Below, one piece after another: positions 41,773 to 50,772 of a stretch of 64,000 nucleotides of DNA. The notes below the pieces were generated by a model. The model worked only from the letters and a program-made list of their open reading frames with translations, did not search any database and was not told where the DNA came from. The position numbers and the translations under genes are program-made. The stretch is from an uncultured Pseudomonadota bacterium. Lineage in GTDB: Bacteria > Pseudomonadota > Alphaproteobacteria > JACZXZ01. Each line of letters begins with the position of its first letter. Position 1 is the stretch's first letter. The stretch covers positions 544,001 to 608,000 of the forward strand of contig CAVVLJ010000017.1 in assembly GCA_963749075.1 (NCBI GenBank). Reading direction: 5' to 3'.

Positions 41773-43472
41773 CAGAGGTCCTCGCGGAAATACTTGAAGA
41801 CGCTCGCCAGCGGATTGGGCGCTGCCTGGCCCAAGCCGCAGATCGAGGCGTCGCGCATGGCGGCCGAGAGCTCGTCGAGGAGCTTCAAGTCCCACACCGG
41901 GCGCTCCATCAGCTTGACCGCCTTCTCGGTGCCGACCCGGCACGGCGTGCATTGGCCGCAGCTCTCGTCCTCGAAGAAGCGCATGAGGTTGAGCGCCACC
42001 GCCTTCATGTCGTCCCGGTCGGAGAGCACGACGACTGCCGCCGAGCCGATGAAGCAGCCGTGCGCCTCGAGCGTGCCGAAGTCGAGCGGGGCGTCGGCGA
42101 GCGAGGCCGGCAGGATGCCGCCCGAGGCGCCGCCCGGGAGATAGCCCTTGAAGCGGTGGCCCTCCGCCATGCCGCCGCAATACTCCTCGATGAGCTCGCG
42201 CGCGGTGATGCCGGCGGGTGCGAGCTTCATGCCCGGGCTCCTGACGCGGCCCGAGACCGAGAAGCTGCGCAGGCCCTTCCGCCCGTGCCGCCCTTGGCCG
42301 GCGAACCAGGCCGGCCCCTTCTCCACGATGTCGCGGATCCAGTAGAGCGTCTCGACGTTGTGAATGAGGGTCGGGAGGCCGAAGAGGCCCACTTGCGCCG
42401 GGAAGGGCGGCTTGTGGCGCGGCAGGCCGCGCTTGCCCTCGAGGCTCTCGAGCATCGCCGACTCCTCGCCGCAGATATAGGCGCCGGCGCCGCGGCGAAG
42501 ATGGAGCGCCACACCGCCCGCGAGGCCCGCCGCCTCGAGGGCCGCGATCTCCTTCCCGAGGAGCTCGCGGATCGCCGGGTACTCGTCGCGCAGATAGATA
42601 TAGACCTCCGCCGCCTCGATGCCCCAGGCGGCGATGAGCGCCCCCTCGAGGACGCGATGGGGATCGCGCTCGAGATACCAGCGGTCCTTGATGGTGCCGG
42701 GCTCGCCCTCGTCGGCGTTGACGGCGAGGAGGCGCGGGCCCGGATTGGCGAGCACGAAGCCCCACTTGCGCCCGGCGGGAAAGCCGGCACCGCCGAGGCC
42801 GCGCAAGCCCGCCTCGTCGATCTGCTTGACGATCTCCTCGACGCTGTGGCGACCCTCGCGGCAGGCCGCGAGGAGCCGGTAGCCGCCCGCCGCCCGGTAG
42901 GCCGCGAGATCGGCATAGGCGGGGAGGCGCGGCGCGGTCCTGCCGCCCTCGACCGCGGCGGCGACCGCATCGAGGGTCGCGGAGTCCACTTGATAATGCC
43001 CGACCTCGGCCGCCGGTGCCGCCTCGCAGCGCCCCATGCAGGGCGCACGCACCACGCGCGCCGTGCTGCCGAGCCGCCCGGGCAATGCGGCGAGCAGGCG
43101 CTGGGCACCCGCGAGCTCGCAGGAGAGGCTGTCGCACACCCGCACGGTGAGCGGCGGCGGCGGCGTCTCGCCCTCGAGCACCACGTCGAAATGGGCGTAG
43201 AAAGTGGCGACCTCGTAGACCTCGGCCTGGGCGAGCCGCATCTCATGGGCGAGTGCCGCGAGGTGGGCGGCACTCAGGCAATGGTACTTGTCCTGGATGA
43301 GGTGGAGATGCTCGATGAGAAGATCGCGCTGGCGCGGCCGCTCGCCGAGCAGTGCCTGCACCGCCGCGAGCGCCTCGGGATCGACCTGGCGCCCCTTGGG
43401 GAACGGCTTTCCCGGCCGGCGCCCGTCGCCGGGATGAGCGAACTTGCGAACCTGCTGACTGCCCTCGGCCAT
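41772..43472 (-). CDS. NAD-linked FDH beta subunit (NuoE-NuoF fusion); start uncertain (43472 or 43487)
   Basis: VATFYAHF, CDSLSC, CMGRC, GLRGLGGAGFP, NADEGEPGT, GAGAYICGEES, ESCGQCTPCRVG. Confidence 0.92.
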   Translation of the reverse strand: MAEGSQQVRKFAHPGDGRRPGKPFPKGRQVDPEALAAVQALLGERPRQRDLLIEHLHLIQDKYHCLSAAHLAALAHEMRLAQAEVYEVATFYAHFDVVLEGETPPPPLTVRVCDSLSCELAGAQRLLAALPGRLGSTARVVRAPCMGRCEAAPAAEVGHYQVDSATLDAVAAAVEGGRTAPRLPAYADLAAYRAAGGYRLLAACREGRHSVEEIVKQIDEAGLRGLGGAGFPAGRKWGFVLANPGPRLLAVNADEGEPGTIKDRWYLERDPHRVLEGALIAAWGIEAAEVYIYLRDEYPAIRELLGKEIAALEAAGLAGGVALHLRRGAGAYICGEESAMLESLEGKRGLPRHKPPFPAQVGLFGLPTLIHNVETLYWIRDIVEKGPAWFAGQGRHGRKGLRSFSVSGRVRSPGMKLAPAGITARELIEEYCGGMAEGHRFKGYLPGGASGGILPASLADAPLDFGTLEAHGCFIGSAAVVVLSDRDDMKAVALNLMRFFEDESCGQCTPCRVGTEKAVKLMERPVWDLKLLDELSAAMRDASICGLGQAAPNPLASVFKYFREDL

Positions 43473-43546
43473 CGACGCACTTGCCATTGCGATACTGCGA
43501 ATCATTCGGGCGCTGCCCTGGCGCGTGCCAGCAGCGGTGACGTCCG

Positions 43547-43565
43547 TTGGCATTATGTATGCCAA
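43547..43565. promoter_or_regulatory. Palindrome upstream of fdh operon (operator or sigma54-like site)
   Basis: TTGGCAT-TATGT-ATGCCAA; GG-N10-GC on both strands. Confidence 0.45.
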
Positions 43566-43659
43566 GGCCGCGGATGGCAATCTCCCTTGGCCTATTGGCG
43601 GTAGGACAGTCCGAACTTCCGCATGGGTGGGAAGCGGGCATCGGATCGCCGCAAAGCGC

Positions 43660-45072
43660 TTACGAAGGGTCCATGGTGCGGACGGCGCGCCGTGTACCCA
43701 TATGCCAGGCGCTTAGGCATGCCAGCCCTGCCACCGGCAGTGCGGCGAGGAACACCCAGATCCCGGCGGCCTGCGCCGCGGGCGCCGAGAAACCATTGGC
43801 GAATCCCGCGAGATTGGCGACCGCGGCGGCCAGGGCCGAACCCGCCGCGGCACCGGTCAATCGCGCTGTTGCAATCCCGGCCCCGCCAATGGCTCGCTCC
43901 TCGTCGGTGAGGGCACCGAGGATTCCCTGGGTGATGAACGCGTAGGACAGGCCGAACCCTACGCCGGTCAAACCGGCCGCGAGCACGACCAAGGCGAGAT
44001 CGCCGTCATCGAACACCGCCGCGCAGGATGCCAGCCCGACGAAGATCGCTACTGCGCCCAGACGGATCAGGCGGCTCGGCCATCGTCCGGTCAATCCCGC
44101 CACCGGCAGAGATACGGCGGTCCAGAACAGGGCCTCAGCGCTCACCACATAACCGGCGGCGAGCGCCGAAACACCCCGCAAGGTCTGCAGCACGGCTGGC
44201 CCATAAACCGTCAGCCCCATTGTCGCGACATAGTAAAGGAATAGCGTTGCGTACCCGGCGCCATGAATGGTCCGCGGGTCACCCGAGCCCAGGGGGAACA
44301 GGCGTACGGCTCCGCGCGCGTCCAGTCTCAGCGCGAACATGAACGCTCCGACGCCCAGACTGATCAAGGCGGCCACTTGGACGAAATCACCAGCCAAATC
44401 CGCGACGGCTATCAGCGTGATGCCAATCGCGATGAAGGTCAGTTGCCGCCAAGCCACCGCTTGCGCCGCGGCCGCTGCCTCGGCGGCTGGCAACATGATC
44501 CCGGCGGCGGCCGCCACGATCGCACCTTGAACGGCGAACACCCAGAAGACGGCGCGCCAGGAACCGGCATCGGCGAATAGACCGCCCAGCAGCGGGCCGA
44601 TCAGGACGGCGACACCCCAGACCGAGCTGATCGAGGCGTAGACCCGTGGCAGCAGCCGGTTTGCGAACAAGAGACCGATCGCGACCTGGGAGAGGCCCGC
44701 CAGCCACCCTCCGCCGATACCCTGCAAGAGACGCCCCGAGAGGAAGGTGAAGATCTCCGGGGCTGCGGCGCTCAGCACGCAGCCGCCCGCGTAGACCAGG
44801 GCCGCTGCCGCTGTGGCCGAGCGCAGGCCAAAGCGCACGGCGAGCACGCCGGAACTCGCGGCCGCCAGCACCGAACCCATCAGGTAGCCTGCCGTGGCCC
44901 AACCGAAATAAGCGTAGCCGCCGAGAGAGCGTCCGACACTGGGCATGATGGTGGCGGTGACCAGGCTGTCGGCGGCGCTCAACCAGACAGCCAGGCAAAT
45001 CAAGACGAAGCTCGGCAGACGTCCTCCGCCCACCACGTCCGCCCAGCTTGCCCTCGCCGCAGCCGCGCTCAT
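43660..45072 (-). CDS. MFS transporter (DHA2-like)
   Basis: Many TMs, GRLLQGIGGG, IGPLLGGLFA..GSWRAVFW. Confidence 0.88.
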   Translation of the reverse strand: MSAAAARASWADVVGGGRLPSFVLICLAVWLSAADSLVTATIMPSVGRSLGGYAYFGWATAGYLMGSVLAAASSGVLAVRFGLRSATAAAALVYAGGCVLSAAAPEIFTFLSGRLLQGIGGGWLAGLSQVAIGLLFANRLLPRVYASISSVWGVAVLIGPLLGGLFADAGSWRAVFWVFAVQGAIVAAAAGIMLPAAEAAAAAQAVAWRQLTFIAIGITLIAVADLAGDFVQVAALISLGVGAFMFALRLDARGAVRLFPLGSGDPRTIHGAGYATLFLYYVATMGLTVYGPAVLQTLRGVSALAAGYVVSAEALFWTAVSLPVAGLTGRWPSRLIRLGAVAIFVGLASCAAVFDDGDLALVVLAAGLTGVGFGLSYAFITQGILGALTDEERAIGGAGIATARLTGAAAGSALAAAVANLAGFANGFSAPAAQAAGIWVFLAALPVAGLACLSAWHMGTRRAVRTMDPS

Positions 45073-45165
45073 TTGACAACCTCTCAGTTGACAAATTAAT
45101 GGATAGACGGGCCGGGGTATTTTTGCAATCATTAGATTGTCAAACGCGATGTTACGGGAGGGGTC

Positions 45166-45792
45166 TTGCGGTCGACAGCGGACCAGATTCTGTTTGAATT
45201 GAAGACCCGCGGCGCGGCCACGACCCGCGATCTGGCCGCGCGGACGGGGATCACGCGCCAGGCTGCCCGGGAGCATCTGACAAGGCTCGGGGCGGCACGG
45301 CTGGTGGAGCACGCGAGGGCGGCCGCTGGGGTTGGCCGACCGGGCCATACGTGGTCCCTCACGGGAAAAGGCCATGGCCGTTTTCCCGACACCCACGCTC
45401 AGATGACGGTCGAGCTGATCGAGGCGATTCGCGGCGAATTCGGCGAGGCTGGACTTGCTCGCATGCTTGCCCGCCGGGAGCAAGCGACGGCGGAAAAGTA
45501 CGAACAGGCATTGCGGGGAGCCGCAACCCTGGAAGAGCGCGTGGCGCGGCTGGTGCGGCTTCGCTCGACGGAAGGGTACATGGCGGAGGCCTCGCGCCGC
45601 GACGATGGAACTTACGTCATCGCGGAAAACCATTGTCCCATCTGCGCCGCCGCCGCCGCTTGTCAGGGCTTCTGCCGTTCCGAGCTCGCGCTCTTCGCGC
45701 GGCTACTGGCACCGGCTGAGGTGGAGCGTTCCGAGCACTTGCTCGCGGGTTGCCGGCGCTGCTGCTATCTGGTTGCGCCGGCCGGTCGCTGA
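45166..45792 (+). CDS. HTH transcriptional regulator (ArsR/SufR-like, Cys-rich C-terminus)
   Basis: GITRQAAREHL, GVGRP, EGYMAE, ENHCPIC, FCRSEL, RRCCY; TTG start. Confidence 0.85.
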   Translation: MRSTADQILFELKTRGAATTRDLAARTGITRQAAREHLTRLGAARLVEHARAAAGVGRPGHTWSLTGKGHGRFPDTHAQMTVELIEAIRGEFGEAGLARMLARREQATAEKYEQALRGAATLEERVARLVRLRSTEGYMAEASRRDDGTYVIAENHCPICAAAAACQGFCRSELALFARLLAPAEVERSEHLLAGCRRCCYLVAPAGR

Positions 45793-45908
45793 CGGGGCAT
45801 TCGGAGGTCGGAGCCCGAGTGGGCCGCGGACTGTTTGTCGCCGCACTCGCCCACCCGCAGCGGCCACGCCGCAGACGGCGAGCAACCGCCCGCTAAAGCA
45901 CGTCCCGG

Positions 45909-46307
45909 CTACCGCCCGACCTTCGCGTCGAGACGCGCCACGAACCGCGCCATATCGATGACCAGCCGCTCATGGCTGCCGGCGCCGATCTCTTGGCGCT
46001 CGTCGCGCGCCACGACGCGAAAGGTGACGCGGCGGCCTTGGACCGCGGTCACCTCCGCCTCGCCCACCACGCGCATGGCGACGGGCGTGGCAGCAAGGTG
46101 GCGCACGTCGACGCGGGTGCCGACCGCGCTCTCGCCGGGATCGAGGTAGCCCCGGATGGCGTTGAGTGCGGCATTCTCCAGCACCATGACCATGACCGGG
46201 GTGGAGAAGACCGGCGGCAGCATGGCGTCCTTGAACTGGTTCGCCAAATGCTCCGGCTTGACGACAAGGGAGAAGCTGCCGCGAGCGCCGAGCGGTATCT
46301 CTCTCAT
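45909..46307 (-). CDS. FlK-like hot-dog thioesterase
   Basis: VFSTP.MV..LENAA, VGTRVDVRHLAATP, IGAGSHER. Confidence 0.88.
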   Translation of the reverse strand: MREIPLGARGSFSLVVKPEHLANQFKDAMLPPVFSTPVMVMVLENAALNAIRGYLDPGESAVGTRVDVRHLAATPVAMRVVGEAEVTAVQGRRVTFRVVARDERQEIGAGSHERLVIDMARFVARLDAKVGR

Positions 46308-46331
46308 GGACACTCCTCCATCGCGAGCAGC

Positions 46332-46447
46332 GCGGCCGTCAACGCCGTGAAGCAATACGCCCGGGCGGGGCTCACGAAGGAGGTGCCGCTCTACTCGGAC
46401 TCCGTGACCAACGCCACCACCCTGCGCGCTAGGGCGACGTGGCGCTC
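46332..46447 (+). pseudogene. Fragment of branched-chain-amino-acid-type ABC substrate-binding protein gene
   Basis: AAVNAVKQYARAGLTKEVPLYSDSVTNATTLRA then (frameshift) GDVAL; no start or stop. Confidence 0.45.
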
Positions 46448-46796
46448 AGCGCGGTTTGTCCGAAGGGATGAAATCGTATTTTCCGACGCCCTGGACGAGG
46501 AGATAGCGGCTCGTCCCGGGAGCGCCGTTGGTCACGAGGTGCTCGGTCCGCGCCTTAACCGTGCAGCGCTCGCCCGGCCCGAGCCGCCACTTGCGCTCGG
46601 GCGAGCGGGTCTCGACGCCGACCTCTCCCTCCAGGCAGAAGAAGACATCGTCGATCTCGCTGTGGGAATGCCAGGGCACAAGCTCGCCCGGCGCCAAGGT
46701 GAAGACCTTGACCGAGAGCTCCGCCGCCTCGGCCACGACCTCGCGCTTGCTGACCCGGTAAGGGAGTGTCTTGGAGCGGCCTTCCCTCGTCGCCAT
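46446..46796 (-). CDS. Cupin domain protein
   Basis: PWHSHSEIDDVFFCLEG ... EHLVTN; GGAGG RBS. Confidence 0.88.
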   Translation of the reverse strand: MATREGRSKTLPYRVSKREVVAEAAELSVKVFTLAPGELVPWHSHSEIDDVFFCLEGEVGVETRSPERKWRLGPGERCTVKARTEHLVTNGAPGTSRYLLVQGVGKYDFIPSDKPR

Positions 46797-46817
46797 CCCT
46801 TGCCTCCCTCCTTCGAG

Positions 46818-46953
46818 CTGGAGCATGATCCGATCAGGTTGAAACACCCGGCGTCACCCCCGCGAAAGCCGGAGTCCGGGCGCTGCCGGATTCCCGCTTT
46901 CGCGGGAATGACGAAGTGTACACCCGATCCAATTTGACCGGATCACGCTCTAG
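46818..46953. repeat. MITE/RIME-like palindromic element with nested REP
   Basis: Outer IRs CTGGAGCATGATCCGATCA / TGACCGGATCACGCTCTAG; inner GTCACCCCCGCGAAAGC...GCTTTCGCGGGAATGAC (46853-46912). Confidence 0.75.
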
Positions 46954-48101
46954 AAACCAATCAAGCTCTTGAGGTCGGACCACAGCTCGCCGAGGCTGCG
47001 CTTGTGGCCGGTATCGATCTCCGCGTCCACGCTCATGCCGGCGCGCAGGACCGGAGCCTCGTCATAGCCCTCTATGTGGAGCCGCACCGGGATGCGCTGC
47101 ACCACCTTGACCCAATTGCCCGAGGCGTTCTGCGGCGGCAGCAGGGCGAACTCGGCGCCGCTCGCGGGCGCGATGCTCTCGACGACCGCCCGCCAGCTGC
47201 GCCCGGGATAGGTGTCGACCGTAACCGTCGCAGGCTGGCCGGGCAGCACATGGGTGAGCTCGGTCTCCTTGTAGTTGGCCTCGACCCAGAGGCGGTCCGA
47301 GGGAACCAGGGCGAAGGTCGCATCGCCGACGTGGACGTAATCGCCGGCCCGCAACGTCACGTTGGTGACGGTGCCCGCGGTCGGCGCGTACACCGCGGTA
47401 TAGCTGATGTCGAGCTTGGCCTTGTCGAGGGCGGCCATGGCCTGGAGATAGGAGGCCTGCTGCTCGACCGGGAGGTCCGGATTGCCGCCGAGCGCCGCCA
47501 TCACGCGCGCGAGATCCTGCTTGTCGGCGGCAAGCGTCTGCTGGGCGACGCTCAGGCTGTGCTGCGAGTCCTCGAGGTTCTGCGCCGAGACGACGCCTTG
47601 GCCGTGGAGGCCGCGGTTGCGCTCCACGTTGCGCTGGTAATAGGCGACGGTGTCCTGCGCCTTGGCGATTTCCGCGAGCTTCACGCGATAGTCCGCCTTC
47701 TCTCCCTCGATCTCGTCGCGCGCCGAGAGGAGGCGGGCCTTGGCGCCCTCGATCGCTATGCGGTAGGGCGCGTCGTCGATCTTGAAGAGGATGTCGCCTG
47801 CCTTGACGCGCTGGTTCTCGATCACCGGCACCTCCGAGACCCGTCCGGCCACTTCGGCGCTTACCTGGATCTTGTCGGCCTTGACGTAGGCATCGTCGGT
47901 CGAGACGTACCGTCCGCCGGCGAGATAGGCGTAGAGCGCCAGCGCAACGAGGAGGGCGGGGCCGACGATCATGAGCACGACGCGCGTCAGCATGCGCCGC
48001 GAGTAGCGCGAGCGCCGGCGCTGCGGCACCGCGCGCGGCTCGGCGGCGCGCTCGGCGGGAGCGATCTTGGCGATGGGCGCTGCCTCGCGCGGCTTAGCCA
48101 T
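46950..48101 (-). CDS. EmrA/HlyD family membrane fusion protein
   Basis: YVSTDDAYVKAD, WVEANYKETEL, FALLPPQNASGNWVKVVQRIPVR. Confidence 0.92.
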   Translation of the reverse strand: MAKPREAAPIAKIAPAERAAEPRAVPQRRRSRYSRRMLTRVVLMIVGPALLVALALYAYLAGGRYVSTDDAYVKADKIQVSAEVAGRVSEVPVIENQRVKAGDILFKIDDAPYRIAIEGAKARLLSARDEIEGEKADYRVKLAEIAKAQDTVAYYQRNVERNRGLHGQGVVSAQNLEDSQHSLSVAQQTLAADKQDLARVMAALGGNPDLPVEQQASYLQAMAALDKAKLDISYTAVYAPTAGTVTNVTLRAGDYVHVGDATFALVPSDRLWVEANYKETELTHVLPGQPATVTVDTYPGRSWRAVVESIAPASGAEFALLPPQNASGNWVKVVQRIPVRLHIEGYDEAPVLRAGMSVDAEIDTGHKRSLGELWSDLKSLIGF

Positions 48102-48573
48102 TGGGGCCTCCCGCGCGCCGCAGGCCATGGCGCTCGCGCTCGCCCGACTGCAGCGCCAGATTGCCCTTCATGCGCAAAAGCCCCGCGCTCAGCACGGCGA
48201 TCTCGGAACTTGCGAATCCCGCGAAGGCCTCGCCGAGCGTCTCGAGCGCCAGCGCCCTCATGCGCTCCAGCACCGGATGGGCCTTGGCGGTGAGAAAGAG
48301 GCGCCAGGTGCGCCGGTCGGCGGGATCGTGCCGGCGCTCGACGAAGCCGCCGGCCTCGAGGCGGTCGATGAGCCGGGCGAGCGAGATAGGCTCGATCTCG
48401 AGGAGCTCGGCCAGTGCCGCCTGGTGGATACCCTCCTGGCGCCCGATATGGGCGAGCGCCCGCCACTGGGCGCGGGTCAGCCCGAGCGCCTGGGCGCGCT
48501 GATCGAAGCGGTGCCGCAGCAGCCGCGCTACATCATTGAGAAGAAAGCCGAAACCGGGATCGAGATCGGGCAT
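48094..48573 (-). CDS. MarR family regulator
   Basis: LGLTRAQWRAL, LARLIDRLE..GFVER..DPADRR. Confidence 0.92.
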   Translation of the reverse strand: MPDLDPGFGFLLNDVARLLRHRFDQRAQALGLTRAQWRALAHIGRQEGIHQAALAELLEIEPISLARLIDRLEAGGFVERRHDPADRRTWRLFLTAKAHPVLERMRALALETLGEAFAGFASSEIAVLSAGLLRMKGNLALQSGERERHGLRRAGGPNG

Positions 48574-48614
48574 CGTGGAAACCGGGCAGCAGCGAGGCAG
48601 TGCGCGCGGGCGTT

Positions 48615-48636
48615 CATAAGCCCGCTTATGATAAGC
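48615..48636. promoter_or_regulatory. Putative MarR operator
   Basis: CATAAG-CCCG-CTTATG overlapping GCTTAT-G-ATAAGC, about 40 bp upstream of marR. Confidence 0.5.
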
Positions 48637-49025
48637 GCATACTTACGACGCACCGGCGAGGAGTCAACGGGATTTTCCCCGCTCGGGCCCGAGCTCGCCC
48701 CGATTGCCCCAGGCTCCGGCGACTGTCTCCATTTCACGGTCGACAAGGGCCGTGCCGTGGCGTAAAGAGCGGCCGAACGCGCGGCCGCCGCAAGCGGAGG
48801 TAAGCCATGACGCTCGGACAACCTGGGGGTGCGCGCCGGCCGTGCGCCGGCTCGCTGCGGCGGGCGCCAGCCAGGAGGCGGCTGCTCCCGGCAGCCCTCG
48901 AGCCTCCCTCTCCCGGCAGCACCGTCTAAGCCGCCGAGGCCCGCGGCGGTGCGGGCGAGCGGCGCGCCTCGCCGCAGAAAGCGCTTGCCGCGGCGGGGAC
49001 CGAGCCCCGTGCCGGAGAGGGCGTC

Positions 49026-50759
49026 ATGCGCGAACATCCCTATCTCTCGACCGCAACGCAGCTCCGTACGCTCGTTCCCAACCAGTGGGACGTGCTGGCG
49101 ATTCCGCTCGTCTTCAGCGTCATCTTCGCGCTGGCCATCGGATTCCGCCAAATGGCGGCGCCGGTCGAGGTGCTGCAGACGACCGCCGTCACCCTCTCCC
49201 CCTGGAACCTCCCGGAGTACGCGCTGCGCACCGTGCTGCGCATGCTGACGGCGCTTGCCGGCTCGCTCGTCTTCACGCTGGTCTACGGCACGCTCGCCGC
49301 CAAGTCGCGCCGCCTCGCCGTCGTGCTCATTCCGCTCCTCGACGTGCTGCAATCGGTGCCGGTGCTCGGCTACCTCTCCTTCACGGTGACCTTCTTCCTC
49401 GCCCTCTTTCCGCGGAGCGTCGCCGGCGCCGAGTGCGCGGCGATCTTCGCCATCTTCACGAGCCAGGCCTGGAACATGACCTTCAGCTTCTACCAGTCGC
49501 TGCGCACCGTGCCGCACGATCTGGACGAAGCGGCGCGCGCCTTCCGCTTCACCGCCTGGCAGCGCTTTTGGCGCCTCGAGGTGCCCTTCGCCATGCCGGG
49601 ACTGGTGTGGAACATGATGATGTCCATGTCGGGCGGCTGGTTCTTCGTCGTGGCCTCGGAAGCCATCACCGTCGGCGACAACCACATCACGCTGCCCGGC
49701 ATCGGCGCCTATGTGGCGATCGCCATCGAGCAGAAGAGTCTCGCCGCGGTGGGCTGGGCCATCCTGGCCATGGTCGTCGTCATCGTGATCTACGACCAGC
49801 TGATGTTCCGGCCGCTCGTCGCCTGGGCCGACAAGTTCCGCCTGGACACCGTGGGCAGCCAATCGGCGCCCGAGTCGTGGCTCCTCAACCTCCTGCAGCG
49901 CACGCGCTTCTTCCGCTCCGTGACGGCGCCCATCGGCCGCGCGCTCGATCTCATCTTGCGGCTGCCGGCCCCGCGCCCGGCGATGGGCGGGCTGTCGCGA
50001 TGGAAGCCGCCGGAGCGCCTGATCGATACGGTCTGGTACGCGATCCTCCTGGCCGGCGCCGCCTATGCCGCGATCTCCGCCGTCCACTACGTGGCCGCGA
50101 CGCTGAGCTGGAGCGACCTCTGGACCGCCATCCGGCTCGGCTTCTACACCTTGATCCGCGTCGCCGTGCTGATCGTGCTCGCGAGCGCGGTGTGGGTACC
50201 GCTCGGCGTCGTCATCGGCCTGCGGCCGCGCCTCGCCGAGAAGGTGCAGCCGATCGCCCAGTTCCTCGCCGCCTTCCCGGCCAATCTGCTCTTCCCGGTC
50301 GCGGTCGTGCTCCTCGTGCACTTCGCGCTCAATCCCAACATCTGGCTGGCGCCGCTGATGATCCTCGGCACGCAATGGTACATACTCTTCAACGTGATCG
50401 CGGGCGCCAGCACCTTCCCCACCGACTTCATCGAGGCGGCGGCGAACTTCCGGGTGCGCGGCTTCCTGTGGTGGCGTAAAGTCATGCTGCCCGGCATCTT
50501 CCCCTTCTATGTGACGGGCGCCATCACCGCCTCGGGCGGGGCCTGGAACGCCAGCATCGTCTCGGAGGCGGTGAGTTGGGGCGACACCAAGCTCTCGGCC
50601 GCGGGGCTCGGCGCCTATATCGCACAGATGACCGATGCCGGCGACTATCCGCGCATCGTGCTGGGGATCGCCGTCATGTCCGTCTACGTCATCCTTTGCA
50701 ATCGGTTGATCTGGCGTCCGCTCTACGGCTACGCCGAGCGGCGCCTGCGCCTCGATTGA
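49026..50759 (+). CDS. ABC transporter permease, duplicated TM domains (nitrate/sulfonate-like)
   Basis: LDVLQSVPVLGY, FTSQAWNMTFSFYQSL, GGWFFVVASEAI, GGAWNASIVSE. Confidence 0.9.
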   Translation: MREHPYLSTATQLRTLVPNQWDVLAIPLVFSVIFALAIGFRQMAAPVEVLQTTAVTLSPWNLPEYALRTVLRMLTALAGSLVFTLVYGTLAAKSRRLAVVLIPLLDVLQSVPVLGYLSFTVTFFLALFPRSVAGAECAAIFAIFTSQAWNMTFSFYQSLRTVPHDLDEAARAFRFTAWQRFWRLEVPFAMPGLVWNMMMSMSGGWFFVVASEAITVGDNHITLPGIGAYVAIAIEQKSLAAVGWAILAMVVVIVIYDQLMFRPLVAWADKFRLDTVGSQSAPESWLLNLLQRTRFFRSVTAPIGRALDLILRLPAPRPAMGGLSRWKPPERLIDTVWYAILLAGAAYAAISAVHYVAATLSWSDLWTAIRLGFYTLIRVAVLIVLASAVWVPLGVVIGLRPRLAEKVQPIAQFLAAFPANLLFPVAVVLLVHFALNPNIWLAPLMILGTQWYILFNVIAGASTFPTDFIEAAANFRVRGFLWWRKVMLPGIFPFYVTGAITASGGAWNASIVSEAVSWGDTKLSAAGLGAYIAQMTDAGDYPRIVLGIAVMSVYVILCNRLIWRPLYGYAERRLRLD

Positions 50760-50772
50760 GGGAGTCCCTGCC

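Noticed and set aside
39004-43137. 1377-aa FDH with long N-terminal extension; selenocysteine
   Set aside because: The extension is an alternate frame of the beta gene (true start 41772); the active site is Cys (RLCH) with no in-frame TGA.
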